Shown here: positions 1-13,319 of the stretch, piece by piece | How positions within the stretch are numbered: the stretch's first letter is position 1 | Layout: each line of letters opens with the position of its first letter | DNA from: Cenococcum geophilum | Taxonomy: Eukaryota | NCBI GenBank assembly: GCA_050273025.1 | Contig: CP158635.1 | Coordinates: 13,764,001-13,828,000 of the forward strand | DNA length: 64,000 bases | Direction: 5' to 3' | The notes under the pieces: generated by a model | The model's database searches: none | What the model was told of the DNA's origin: nothing | The model's input: only the letters and a program-made list of their open reading frames with translations | Translations under genes and position numbers: made by a program

Positions 1-443
1 AGAAAAACACTTTACTAATAGTAAAGACTGCAAGACTCTTAAAGCAGCTAAGCTAGTACGCGAAGAAGATTCTATGGAAGAATAAAACAGATAGGATTCT
101 AGAAGGAGGCAACTCCTACTAGGCTCTTAAAAAGATATTAGAGAGTAAAAAGACAGAAATAAATTGCAAAAGGATAGGGATAGGGGTTAGGATTTCTTAT
201 AGTTTTTCTTACCATCTTCTCATTCCCTAGTAGTTGTAGTATCTTAGTATTTTACTAGGAAACTATAAACTCCTAATTTAGGGGTTTATAAACTACTAGG
301 ATATAGCTACTAGTATATATTAAGCTGCCTAGAAAGGATTTATGTATATAGAACTATAGCGCCATAGCCCAAGGCTGCATGCGTAGTATTGTACGTAGTA
401 TAATACAATGGATATATAAAAAAATAAAAATAAAAATAAAAAT
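1..443 (+). mobile_element. 3' part of an ORF1-only non-LTR retroelement (copy 1, runs off the window edge)
   Basis: Inverted copy of ~60460-60891. It ends ...GTATAATACAATGGAT followed by an (AAAAAT)n tail at ~418-443 that abuts LINE RT sequence. Confidence 0.85.
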
Positions 444-3400
444 AGGAGACGCTTATAAGGTACGTTATTATAGGCGCCGCTAATATTTAGGCTGAGTATT
501 AATACTATAAAGTCCCTTCGTATTACCTATGCGGATTTAATAGTAATAGCGAGTAGCGTAAGTACTAATAGTGTTAAGCGGTTCTTTCTTGCCCCTATTT
601 AGCTATATAGTAGTAGGTTATATTTCTTAGCTATATCTACTATATGGTCCGCTATTACCTTTTCTAAGATCTTACTAAGGGTATTTTTTAAGATAATAGG
701 GCGGTAGCTTCCTGGGATTAAGTAATCTACTTTACCTTCTTTCTATAGAATAACCGTTATTATAGATCTTCTAAGTCGCAGGTAGTAGCCTACGGTAAAG
801 TATACCCTAGCTATATCTATAAGCTAGGGTGCTATAAGTGGTTTATAGGGTTTTAAGGCCTTATTTAGAATCCTATTTAGTCCTAGTGCTATATTATTAA
901 AAAGGCGGCTAATAGTTCTGGCCATTTCCTTTATTATTATATCGCTGTTAACTCTTAGGCGAGTTACTAGTGTTTTACCTATAATATTACTAAGGTCTAC
1001 TAGAGCTAGTTAGGGGGAAAACCTTTTTATAAGGATCTTTGCCTTCTTATCGTTGTTATTAGTAGCCTATAATTCCCCTACTCTTTATAGGGGTAGTAGG
1101 TATAAGTCTTCTACTAGGCGCCCTACCTTTTTCTTTACCTATTTTATTATAGCCTAAAGGCCCTTATTATAATAATAATTCATTACTTAACGTCCGATTC
1201 AGATCCCTATTAGGCCTACACGGACTACTCCTTATATATATATGGGGAGAAAACTCTATTTAAGAAAACCCCGTAATCTATCTTCTTGCCTTTTAGGACT
1301 CGCCTATAAAGCGCCTGCAAGTCACCTATGGTGCTCCTACTACCTTACTTTTTAACCTCCTTAGGAACCACTGCTGCCGTAATAAGCCTACGGACGCGCT
1401 AGTATTGTAAACTTTACTCTACTACTATAGAGTTATTAGGGGGCGCCCGTTACTTACCCCCCTACCCTTTATTACTATTTCCTTTACAACCTAGAACTGG
1501 TTTAGTATATTTTAGTTAATAAGCTACTAGGTAACCGCCTTAAGGCCTTTTTATATTAAGAGTAGTGTTTTATAGTTCTCTATGCTAGCTACTAGAAGTA
1601 TTACTTCTTAGTTAGTGCGTAAGGGGCATAATAGTATTATATGTTTAGGTGTCTGTCTTAACCAGCCATATTTATATCTTAGGCTACCTACTAAGACACC
1701 TACCTAGTGGAGCCAGTCTTTTAGTCCTATTATTCCTGTTCTTAAGAGTATTGCTATTATATTTTCTGCCTTTATTAGGCCTTCTTAGAGCCCTAGAGTG
1801 TTTACCCCCTATAGCGTTAACTATGCTACGGCTTAGGTTCCTCTTGCCTTAGTTAGCCTCTATACACCTCTCTAGCGTTAGTTTAGCCAGTATTACATTA
1901 TAGTAAATAGTTTCCCGGCGTTCTTTTATGCTCTACTTTAGCTCCTTTCTCTTTCTTACTATTATCTTTACTGGCCTCTTACGCGTCTCCCTTCCTCCTC
2001 TATATAGGCCTAGGCCCTAAAGCAGCACTATTCTTCTTCTACTTTCTTTACCTATTTCTCTAATATATCTTCCCTACTTTAGGGTTGTTAGTTTATTCTC
2101 CTATAAGGCGCCCTAGGGTCCCTCTATAGTTTATTTAGGCGTGTCTTAATATACTTTATAACATTAGAGTTACGTTCCTTTTACACCCTTTATATTACAG
2201 CGGCTTTAATATATAGTTATAAGGGGGGAATATTAGCTTCCTTCTTAAGCGGTGCTGTGGCCGTTCGCTTATATCCGCCTATTATACTCTAGAGGTAGGC
2301 TGTTTAGACCTTTTAGAGTAGTTTAAGGAGTAATTTAGGGGGGCCTTTCTTAGATTTTCTAATGGCCCAAATACTGGACCTATACGTTATAGTTAGCCGG
2401 ATAACTACTATATATAGTAGGCGTAACCTCTAGAAGTATAGACCCCATATAGAGTTAACAATCCTGGATAATATAATATACTGTGCTTAGCCCTTATGGG
2501 CTGCTTATGCCGCATATACGCTCTACTAGAGCTTACTGTCTACCTATATTTTTAATACTCTTAGGCCCTAAACTGGTTAACCCCTAAAGCCTTAAATGCG
2601 AATTATATGCTAAAGATCTGTAGATTAGTTGCGTTTTCTTATAAAATGGATTAGCTAGTATTTCTCTGGTAAAAATTGGACTCTATATCGTCTTGCCTAT
2701 TCTATATAGGTATTATAAGCTTTCTCTAGTGTTCTATAATTCTTTACGGCTATTAGCCTGTATATAATTAGGTTTATATTATTAATAAAGCCTATCCCCT
2801 AGGTCGTCCCTTCCTTAAAGGAGTTAAGCAGGTTGCTTATAAAGAAAAGAAAGAGTATAGGCGAAAGGGGTAATCTTTATAGTATTTCTATTATAACTAC
2901 AATAGGGGGGCTTTAGTATCTGCTAAAGACCAATAATATTTCTTTTTAACCTGTAAACCCTTAAACAAATTATATAATCTATTTTAGGAAGCCTTTTGCC
3001 CTAAGGATATATAAGAGACGCTTATAGGGTACGTTGTTATAGGCGCCACTAATATCTAAGCTAAGCATTAATACTACAAAGTCCTTTCGCATCACCTATA
3101 TAGATTTAATAGTAGTAGCAAGTAGCGTAAGTACTAATAGTGTTAAGCGGTTCTTTCTTGCCCCTATTTAGCTTTATAGTAGTAGGGCGTATTCCTTAGC
3201 CGTATCTACTATATAATCCGCTATTACCCTTTCTAAGATCTTGCTAAGGGTATTCTCTAAGGCAATAGGGCGGTAGCTCCCTAGAAATGAGTAATCTACT
3301 TTACCTTCTTTACGTAGGATAAACGTTGTTATAGCTCTTCTAAGTCTTGGGTAGTAGCCTATTATAAAGTATACTCTAGCTATATCCGCAAGCTAAGGTG

Positions 3401-6400
3401 CTATTAGTAGTCCGTAGGTCTTTAGGGCTTTATTTAAGATCCTATCTAGTCCTAGTGCTATATTATTTAAAAGGTGGCTAATAGTTCTGGCCATTTCTTT
3501 AGTTATTATGTCGCTGTTAACCCTTAGGCGAGTTACCGGTACTTCGCCTATAATATTGCTAAGGTCTGCTAGAGCTAGTTAAGGGGAAAATCTTTCTATA
3601 AAGATCTTTACCTTCTTATTATTATTGCTTATAGCTAGTAATTTACCTAGTCTTTACAGAGGCTAAAGATATAGGTTTTCTACTAGGCGTCCCGCCTTTT
3701 TCTTTGCCTATTTTACTATCCTCTAAAGACCTTTGTTATAGGGGAGGCTCGGGTTAGTAGTATGCTTATTTATAAACCGTCTCCAGCTATTCCTTACTTC
3801 TTTTTTTAGGGTATTCTTTAGCTAGTTTCTTGTGTCTTTATATTATCTCTTATCTTCAAAATCATAGCTGCTTATATATTTTCTTCTTGCTTATTATTAG
3901 CTAGTAATAAAAACCGCGCATTATACGGACCATGCGTATTATATATAGGGGCCCGGTTTTAAGACCGGGCAGTGCTCTTTTAGCCCGTTTTTAATTACTG
4001 CCTAAATCCTTTCTAGTCTTCGGTTGATTTCCTTAGGGGTAGCTAATAAGCCTCACTTATTTAGAATTAGGTGGATTTCTTTTAGGTCTTAAAGTTATTA
4101 TTTAACTATGTTAAGGAAGCTGTTTATCTTAAGCTTTCTTATTACGTATCTTTTACTATTAGGTTGCGCCTTAATATCCAGATCTAGCTATATCTAGATA
4201 GGGATATAGTCTAAAGCGAGTACCTATTCTTCTTCGGGGTTGCACCTTTTAAGTCTTTAGTATAGGCCTTCGTCTATAAATGTAAGGTTAATTATACTTT
4301 TAGCGGTACCTTATTGCCATATAATTGCTCCTAGGGGGGTAGCCAGCTTAAGGCCCTAGGTGTCTATAGCTCTTAGTAGGCACTCTACCTATCGTTCAGC
4401 AGCAATATATATATACCCCTACCGCGGGTAGTAGAGGTTTATGTCTCCTAATAGGATAGACTCTATACCTTCGGTTTCCAGTAAGCTTATCGCTAATATA
4501 ATATTCTTTATTTATAGGACCCCTTTAACCCTAGGGTTATACACATTAATAATCTATACTGGTCCCCTATATGTCTGGATTGTTATAACTGCAATATCTG
4601 GGTTAACTGCCTGCTATAACTATAAGGATAGGCTAATAGCCTTGCTAATTATAAAGCACACGCGTATAGCTGCTTTTAGTTCGTATAGGAGCTAAAATCC
4701 TTAGGGGCAGTATGTTAATTATATATAGGCATTGTAATACGGCTCTTGTATAGCAAGGATATAGTGTTTCTTTAGGTCTAGGCTGTCTAGTAAGGGCCTT
4801 GCAAGACGGTGGTTTGTATTACCGCAGTTATACTATATAATGGATAGGTGGCGGACCCCCGGCGAGGGTCCTTCGCCTCTTCTTCGTTCCTCGCTTCTTC
4901 TGTTTCCACTTTCTCTAGGACATTTAGAACTTCTGTCTCTTGTGTCGGGCCCTTATTATAGGGGAGGCTTAGGTTAAAAGTATACTCGTTTATAAACCGT
5001 CTCTAGTTATTCCTTACTTTTTTCTTTAGGGTATTCTTTAACTGGTTTCTTATATCTTTATATTATCTCTCGTTTTTAGGGTTATAGCTACTTATATATT
5101 TCCTTCTTGCTTATTATTAGCTAGTAATAAGAACTGCGTATTATACGGACTATATATATCGTGTATAGGGGCCCGGTTTTAAAACCGGGCAGTACTCTTT
5201 TAGCCCGTTTTTAATTACTACCTAAATCCTTTCTAGTCTTTAGTTGATTTCCTTAGGGGTAGCTAATAAGCCTCACTTATTTGGAATTAGGTGGATTTCT
5301 TTTAGGTCTTAGAGTTGTTGTTTAACTATATTAAGGAAACTGTCTGTCTTAAGCTTCCTTATTACGTATCTTTTACTACTTAGTTACGCCTTAATATCTA
5401 AATCTAGCTGTATCTAGATAGGGATATAGTCTAAGGCGAGTGCCTATTCTTCTTTAGGGTTATACCTTTTAAGTCTCTAGTATAGGCCTTTGTCTATAAA
5501 TATAAGGTTAATTATACTTCTAGAGGTTCCTTATTACTATATAGTTGCTCTTAGGGGGGTAGCTAACTTAAGGCCCTAGGCGTTTATAGCTCTTAGTAGG
5601 CACTTTACCTATTAATTAGTAGTAATATAGATACCCCCCTACCGCGGGTAGTAGAGGTTTATATCTCCTAATAGGATAAACTCTATACCTTTAGTTTCTA
5701 GTAAGCTTATTACTAATATAATATTCTCTATTTATAGGACCCTTTTAACCCTAAGGTTATATATATTAATAATTTATACCAGTCCCCTATATATATCTAG
5801 ATTATTATAACTATAATATTTAGGTTAACTACCTACTATAACTATAAGGATAGGCTAATAGCCTTACTAATTATAAAGTATATATATATAGCTGCTTTTA
5901 GTTTATATAGAAGCTAGAATTCTTAGGGGCAGTATATTAATTATATATAGGTATTATAGTATGGCTCTTATATAGTAAGGATATAGTATTTCTCTAGGTC
6001 TAGACTATCTAGTAAAGGCCTTATAAGATAGTAGTTTATATTACCGCAGTTATACTATATAATAGATAGGTAGCGGACCCCTAGTAAGAGTCCTTCGCCT
6101 CTCATTTATTCCTTACTTCTTCTATTTCTACTTTCTTTAAGATGTTTAGAACTTCTATCTCTTATATCTATACCTTAGTTACTACTTATTTTATATAGAG
6201 CTTTCTATTCCTATATCTTATATTCTTACTAGCGCTTCTATATCTAAATCTGTTATTATCTCCGGTTCCTCCCCTGTTCTTACTAGCTAGCTATATACCC
6301 TTAATAGGTCAGCTATAAATAATATATTTACCGCGTTAAATCTAATTTTTAATTGTCCTGGTTTTAAGCTTGCTATAGCTGTCTATAGGGGTCTTCTTAT

Positions 6401-6538
6401 AAGGCGTTCTCTCCCTTGTGTCCCCTGTGACCCTTATATCCCTATACGGTCTAATAATATTGCGCGGCGCCACTTCTGGCCCGTTAAGGCTTGGGATGGC
6501 TAGCCTAGCCCCCTAGTACTAAAGGTAGGAAACGCTGG
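444..6538 (-). mobile_element. Tad1-like LINE, outer copy (RT fragment 444-1171; endonuclease and ORF1 3' end 4948-6538), RIP-inactivated
   Basis: With RIP changes reverted, the minus strand reads RT (GSYRPIALENTLSKILEK, LSLDISGAYDNV) and an APE endonuclease start (IQYNCGN...ILAIQEP). It is interrupted by the inner copy and diverges from the 59-63 kb copy at ~6538. Confidence 0.85.
1172..4947 (-). mobile_element. Tad1-like LINE, inner 5'-truncated copy with essentially the whole ORF2
   Basis: Endonuclease start ~4850; RT core SPLSPILFLFF...GIGFVDD (reverted) at ~2780-2890; C-terminal region to ~1350; (ATT)n tail near 1172-1182. 13-bp TSD GGCCCTTATTATA at 1159-1171 and 4948-4960. Confidence 0.9.
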
Positions 6539-7829
6539 GATTTATAGTTTTATAGTTTCTATAATAGCTATCTCCGTAGCGCTATTTTTTATTTAACTTA
6601 GTTCTTTTTAGATTATATATAGCGGCATTTTTAGCGGCCGGTAAGATAGAATAGGTAGTTAAGCTATTATTATGGCTTTAGCTATCTTAATGTTCTTCTT
6701 CTACTTAATTAGAAACCCTCTAATCTCCTTTTAACAACTATTCGCCACTTTCTTCTTTTACGGCTTTAGAGCTAGCTTAGTAGTCCTATCTCTATTCCTT
6801 AGTAACGCCTTTTTAACATAGGGACGTTTAGTATACTTAGCTAGGGTAGCTATATACCTAGGGTTTTATTTATCTATAATAACCAATTAGCGTAAGATAT
6901 CTATAACTCCTTATTAGTATATATACTATTGCGATGTTTACTTTAAAAATAGGTTAACGGCTAGTATATAGTTAAGTTAAGGGGAAATTAGTTCTAATAT
7001 AGAGAGTAAGTAATAGATAGATAGATAGTGTTTAGTAGTAAGATCTAAAAAGAAAGCTTATTCTTATTAATATTAAAAACGCGTATAAAGTAGATAGGTA
7101 GTAATAATTTAGGGGAAGACTTTAATAGAGGAAGGGCAGAAACCTACAGTTATAATATTATATATTATAACTTTTTGCCTAACTTCCTTAAATATATATA
7201 TAGGTAGTGGCCTTTTATAGCATTTTATCAACATTATAAGTTAACGCGTTTTAGTAAGGTTTACTAATAAAATTACGCTAGCTAGGGTACCTATAGTATG
7301 CTAACCTAAGTAAGAGCGCCTAAAGCGCTTAATATAAAACGCCTCTTTTATTAAATAAAGGGATATAGAGCTTAAAGCTCCTTACTATTTGGTTATAAAT
7401 CGCCTCTATATTATAACTGTTCGATTTATACACCTATTAATATTACCCGTTTTATAATTAATAGCGGCTACTACTATAGCTTATTTAAATCTGTAATTTA
7501 GTTAATTATTTAATAAGGCTCTAGATTTAACTTCGTATATTAATGCATAATTAATATTAATAAGTAATTTAAAAGAGCCCCTCTTTGCTACTAAGCCTCT
7601 ATTGCAACTCCGTACTTTAATATAGTAATAAAGTCTCCTCTTTATAATCGGCGTTTTCTATATCTTTACTTGCCTTTTATATAAACCCCCTAAAAAGCTT
7701 ATCGCGATTAAGAAGGTTAAAATAATAACATTATATAAGGTATGTAAACGTAACTATAGTATTACAATTGGGGTATATATCTAAAACAAGCTATATACTA
7801 GTATAAAGAGAATAGTAGTAGAATAAGCG

Positions 7830-8326
7830 CGTTACGGAGTAAGTATAAGCGGCAATAATATATAGTAAGGTAGATATTATTAAGTTATATATATAAGGAA
7901 AGAAGGTAAGAAAACGGGAAGAAAGGGTATATATTATTGACTTGGTTATTTAATATATATTAAACGCTGGGTAGGCTAATAGAAATAATATATATAATAC
8001 TTTATAAGGAAAATTTTTAGAAACCTAAAGGCCCTAAGAAGGTATCTATATAATAGCCTATATATTATTACATAATATATTACTAAGCTTAAAAGACTAC
8101 CTAAGTACCTCCCCCCTATTAATAATATATATACGGAGTAGAATAAAATTTAAGTAGTAGTCCTAGTAGAACTTAGTAGGATTTAATAGAACTTAGCGGA
8201 ATATATCAGCATATAGTAGATTGCCGCAAATTGCCATTAAATTGCCGTCTTGTAGTCGGTCTTTAGTTGCTAAGTTAGTGGAAATAGGTAGACGTGTATA
8301 AGGTATTATAGGGGTGTCCTATAACA
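7830..8326 (-). mobile_element. Solo LTR (family A), with ~150 bp of extra internal sequence
   Basis: Inverted homologue of 12966-13315. Flanks AAGCG (7825-7829) and AAGTA (8327-8331) match as a 5-bp TSD altered by transitions. Confidence 0.7.
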
Positions 8327-8837
8327 AAGTAGGTATTTTAAATTCTATAGCTAATACGCCCCTTAATAGATACCAAGTTAGTAGTAGAGCTCTAAAAGTT
8401 ATTAATTGGCCTTATATTAAGTATAGAGTTACTAGTAATCTATTATTCCTTAGTTATATTTTAAATTAGGTATAAATCTAAAGCTTTAAAAGCCGTATTA
8501 ACTTTATATTTACTCCGCTCTACTAATTAAATAGTTAGATCTAAAGTCTATATTAATTATAACTTTAGCTATATTGGCAAAATATTATCCCCTATTAATG
8601 ACCTTAATGGTTAATAGTTAATATAATTAGCGCGTAGTTAAGGGTATTTAGTAACTTAACCGACTAGCCTATATAATATTTTTTTAATACATAGCCTACG
8701 TGTAGCCTATACACAACTTACACATTTAGCAACTATAATTATATTTAGAACTATCTACCTCTTTTATATTAATAGTATATTTAGATAATAAATAAAGGAT
8801 ACTTTAAAGCCATTTATAAGGCTAGTAAGGTAAATTA

Positions 8838-10058
8838 ATAATAATTTATTGCTTAACGTCCGATTTAGATCCCTATTAGGCCTACGCGGACTACTCCTTA
8901 TATACATATAGGGAGAAAACTCTATTTAAGAAAACCCCGTAATCTATCTCCCCGCCTTTTAGGACTTGCCTATAAAGTGCCTATAAGGCGCCTGCGAGTT
9001 ACCTATAGTGCTCCTATTACCTTACTTTTTAACCTTTTTAGGAACCACTGCTGCTATAATAAGCCTACGGACACGCTAGTATTGTAAACTTTACTCTACT
9101 ACTATAGAGTTATTTAGGGGCGCCCGTTACTCGCCCCCCTACCCTTTATTATTATTTCCCTTATAACCCAGAACTAGTTTAGTATATTTTAGCTAATAAG
9201 CTACTAGGTAACCGCCTTAAGGCCTTTTTATATTAAGAGTAGTGTATTATAGTTCTCTATGCTAGCTACTAAGAGCATTACTTCTTAGTTAGTGCATAAG
9301 GGGCATAACAGTATTACGTATTTTAGTGTCTGTCTTAGCTAGCTATATTTGCATTTTAGGCTACCTACTAAAATACCTACCTAGTAGAGCCAGTCTTTTG
9401 GTCCTATTATTCCTATTCTTAAGAGTATTACTATTATATTTTCTGCCTTCATTAGGCCTTCTTAAAACCCTAAAGTATTTACCCCCTATAGTATTAACCA
9501 TACTACGGCTTAGGTTCCTCTTACCTTAGTTAGCCTCTATATCTTTAACTCCTATATACCTCTCTAGCGTTAGTCTAACCAGTATTATATTATAGTAGAT
9601 AGTTTCTTAGTATTCTTTTATACTCTACTTTAGCTCCTTTTTCTCTCTTACTATTATCTTTACTAGCCTCTTACGCGTCTCCCTTCCTCCTCTATATAGG
9701 CCTGGGCCCTAAAGCAGCACTATTCTTCTTCTGCTTTCTTTACCTATTTCTCTAATATATCTTCCCTACTTTAGGGTTATTAGTTTATTTTCCCACGGGG
9801 CGCCCTAATATCCCTCTATGGTTTATTTAGGCGTATCTTAATATACTTTATAATATTAGAGTTGCGTTTATTTTACGCCCTTTATATTACAGCGGCTTTA
9901 ATATATAGTTATAGGGGGGAATATTGGCTTCCTTCTTAAGCAGTGCTGTAGCCGTTCGCTTATATCCGCCTATTATACTCTAAAGGTAGGCTGTTTAGAC
10001 CTTTTAGAGTGGTTTAAGGAGTGACTTAGGGGGGCCTTTCTTAGATTCTCTAGTGGCC
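8838..10058 (-). mobile_element. 5'-truncated Tad1-like LINE (3' 1.2 kb only)
   Basis: Copy of ~1175-2368. 16-bp TSD CTAGTAAGGTAAATTA at 8822-8837 and 10059-10074. Confidence 0.9.
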
Positions 10059-10244
10059 CTAGTAAGGTAAATTATATATACTTCTTTATATAATCTATAT
10101 ATATAGCTAAAAAGTAGCTACTAAGAGTAGTAGATATAGACCTATTTATATTTACCTACCTATTTATATCTACCTATTTATGCCTATATATCTATATTAC
10201 CTTAATTTAATCGGTTAATTAAATTATTTATAGTATTTACTAGC

Positions 10245-10435
10245 TAGTTATTATTGTCTAACTCTAGAAACAGTTATCTAGTTTTAGCGACGGTTATCTA
10301 ACCCTAGCGACACTCGTTTAATTCTAGCGACGGTTATTTAGCTTTAGTAACAGTTATTTAATTTTAGTAATAGTGGTCTAGTTTTAGCAACGGTTATCTA
10401 GTTCTAGCAATAGTTATTTAGTTTTAGTAACGGTC
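10245..10435. repeat. 20-bp minisatellite, array 1
   Basis: About 9 degenerate units of GTYRTYTAGTTYTAGCGACR. Confidence 0.85.
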
Positions 10436-10440
10436 TTCTC

Positions 10441-10663
10441 TTATTTACCTACTTACCTACTTATCTACCTACTTATCTACCTACTTACCTACCTACCTAC
10501 CTACCTACCTACCTACCTACCTACCTACCTACCTACCTATCTACCTACCTACCTACCTACCTACCTACCTACCTACCTACCTACCTACCTACCTACCTAC
10601 CTACCTACCTACCTACCTACCTACCTATCTACCTACCTACCTACCTACCTGCCTGCCTACCTA
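10441..10663. repeat. (ACCT)n microsatellite
   Basis: About 55 near-perfect ACCT units. Confidence 0.97.
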
Positions 10664-10861
10664 TATTAGTATATAATTTAATTTAGGGGAAAGGTTAACT
10701 TAATTAAAGGCCCTAATTATATTTAAACGGTAGCCGTTTAGGGTGCCTCCCTAAAAGGCTTTAATTCGATTTTATAATAGGCTAATATTAAAGCCTTAGT
10801 TTAATTTAATCGATTAATTAATTAATTAAATTGTTTATAGTGTTTACTAGCTAGTTATTTA

Positions 10862-11292
10862 AACAGTCATCGTTTAATTCTAGTAATAGTTATCTAGTTT
10901 TAGCGATAGTTGTTTAGTTCTAGCGACAGTCGTTTAGTTCTAGCGATAGTTGTTTAGTTTTAGCGATAGTCATTTAGTTCTAGCGACAGTTATTTAGTTT
11001 TAGCAATAGTTATTTAGTTTTAGCGATAGTCGTTTAGTTTTAGCAATAGTTATTTAGTTTTAGCGATAGTTATTTAGTTCTAGCGACAGTTATTTAGTTT
11101 TAATAATAGTCGTTTAGTTCTAGCAATAGTTGTTTAGTTTTAGCGACAGCCATTTAGTTCTAGCGATAGTTATTTAGTTTTAGCGACAGTCGTTTAGTTC
11201 TAGTAACAGTTATTTAATTTTAGCGATAGTCGTTTAGTTCTAATAATAGTTATTTAGTTTTAGCGATAGTTATTTAGTTTTAGCAACGGTCT
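10862..11292. repeat. 20-bp minisatellite, array 2
   Basis: About 21 head-to-tail units of TAGCGACAGTCGTTTAGTTC with transition variants and no spacers. Confidence 0.92.
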
Positions 11293-11394
11293 TTTACTAA
11301 CTACTATTTTAGTACTTCCTTAAAGAGAGAGGATATAAGGGGAAAAGGGTTATAAAAAAATAAGGTAGTTATATAGGGTAAAGGTATATATAGA

Positions 11395-11665
11395 GGCTAT
11401 TAGGAATATAGCGGGGACCTACTATAAAGCTTTACGTAGAGCTTTATATAGAGCTTTATATAAAGCCTTTAAGTAATAAAACTATATAATATTACCTTAA
11501 TTGTATATTAAGGAATATATAGTTAGCTTTTAGAGTTATTAAGTTAGTTAACTACGTGTTATTTAACTTTTAAATATATTAAGTGGGTTAATTATATATT
11601 AATTACGCAAAACGCGCTAAATAAAGTCTACTTAAATATTATTTTATAAATATTTTCCTAATATA
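11395..11665 (-). repeat. Dispersed repeat, inverted shorter copy of 22575-23135
   Basis: Reverse-complement match, e.g. CTATTAGGAATATAGCGGGGACC versus GGTCCCCGCTATATTCCTAATAG. The internal arrays are shorter in this copy. Confidence 0.8.
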
Positions 11666-11714
11666 GGAGCTCTAATATAATAAGATTATTACCTTAAAGA
11701 GTAAACTAGTAGAA

Positions 11715-12632
11715 TTTAATTACTATATATTGCCTAGTATACGCCTAGTTCCTTAAGTAATAAGCTAGTAAACTTTTATTATTAAATAAAAAATTATTAT
11801 ATATTACCTAGTATATTATCTAGTTTTTAAGTAATAAGCTAATAAACTTCTATTACTAAGTATAAAATTACTATATATTACTTAATATATTACCTAATTT
11901 CTTAAGTAGTAAGCTAGTAAACTTCTATTACTAAACGCGAAATTACTATATATTACTTAGTATATTACCTAGTCTCTTAAATAGTAAGTTAGTAAACTTT
12001 TATTACTAAATATAAAATTATTATATATTACCTAGTATATTGCCTAGTTTTTTAAGTAATAAGTTAGTAAACTTCTATTACTAAGTGCGAAATTACTATA
12101 TATTACCTAGTATACTACCTAATTTCTTAAGTAGTAAGCTAATAAACTTCTATTACTAAGTATAAAGTTATTATATATTACTAGGTATATTACCTAATTC
12201 TTTAAATTATAAGCTAGTAGGCGTTACCCATTAGCAGATTATTTTAATATATTAGCTTATATATTACCTAGTTTCTATATTATAAGCTAGTAGACTTACT
12301 ATATTAATAAAGCACTATAATATATGGCCTAGCGCATTATTTAGGTCTTTAAATAGCAAACTAGTAGGCGTCGCTTATTAATAAAGCACTATAATATATC
12401 CGATTATGCGTTGCCTAGTTCCTATATTATAAGCTAATAGGCTCCTCTTATAAGTAGAGTATTCTAAATATTAGCTTATATATTGCCTAGTTCCTATATT
12501 ATAAACTAGCGGCTTCTTTTATTAATAGAGTACTACAATATATTACCCGCGTATTACCCGGTTCCTTAAATAGTAAAATAGTACACTTCTCTTATTAATA
12601 AAAGAATTGCGGTATATTACTAATATATTATA
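11715..12632. repeat. 75-bp tandem repeat (~12 degenerate units)
   Basis: The motif TAAGCTAGTAAACTTCTATTACT recurs at ~11761, 11835, 11910, 11985, 12060 and 12135; later units are more diverged. Confidence 0.85.
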
Positions 12633-12965
12633 AGGGGACTTTATAAATAGGGGGCTATAAGGACACAATTATAGAATAAAATTAATTGGTAAGAGAGAAG
12701 TATCCTTAAGGAGGTAAGGCCTTTAGAATTGTAAAGACTATATACTATAGATACGTGCCTCTAATATATAACTAGCAACTATCTAAGGGGTGTTTAGGGG
12801 TAATCCTAAGGGCAACCTAAGGCATCCGCAATAATATCCCTTATATTACTCCCTCCCTTCTTATAGTCGGCCCCTAATCGCTATAACTTTATAATAGGGA
12901 GATTATAAGGGCTCGTCTTAGAAGGGGTTTAAAGAGATATTAAAGAGATATTAGTATACCGCTAT

Positions 12966-13315
12966 TGTTACGAGATACCCCCGTAATACCTTATATACGC
13001 CTACCTATTTCCACTAATTATAAGACTGCAATTTGCCGCGACTTATGGCAATCTAATAGTAATCTACTACATTCTACTATATTCCGCCAAGTTTTACTAA
13101 ATCCTGCTAAGTTCTGCTAGGACTATAATCTAAATTCTATTCTACTCTGTGTATATATTAACTAAGTAACTAACTTAATAATATATACCCTTTCTTTCTG
13201 TTTTCCTACCTTCTTTCCTTATATAATTTCTTAATCTTATTACACAGTTTATATATATAGCTTAATAATATCTACTTTGCTATATATTATCGTCGCTTAT
13301 ACTTACTTCGTAATA
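12966..13315 (+). mobile_element. LTR (family A), probably solo
   Basis: TGTTACG...CGTAA(C>T)A termini; CTAT on both flanks; homologous to 7830-8326 and unrelated to the 3' LTR at 18211-18420. Confidence 0.65.
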
Positions 13316-13319
13316 CTAT

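Noticed and set aside
7150..8820. Possible protein-kinase pseudogene (KLIAIKKV near 7695-7720)
   Set aside because: A single short motif; no HRD or DFG motif could be recovered from the mutated sequence.
1649..9529. Hydrophobic + strand ORFs (1649-1852, 4441-4695, 9326-9529) as membrane proteins
   Set aside because: They are antisense shadows of RIP-mutated LINE ORF2; the Leu/Ile/Tyr bias comes from AT enrichment.
10441..10663. Telomeric repeat
   Set aside because: The unit is ACCT, not CCCTAA, and the tract is internal.
10862..11292. CRISPR-like regular repeat array
   Set aside because: The units are contiguous with no unique spacers, there are no cas genes and the context is eukaryotic; it is a minisatellite.
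12966..13315. 5' LTR of the adjacent chromovirus
   Set aside because: It has no similarity to the element's 3' LTR (18211-18420) and belongs to another LTR family.
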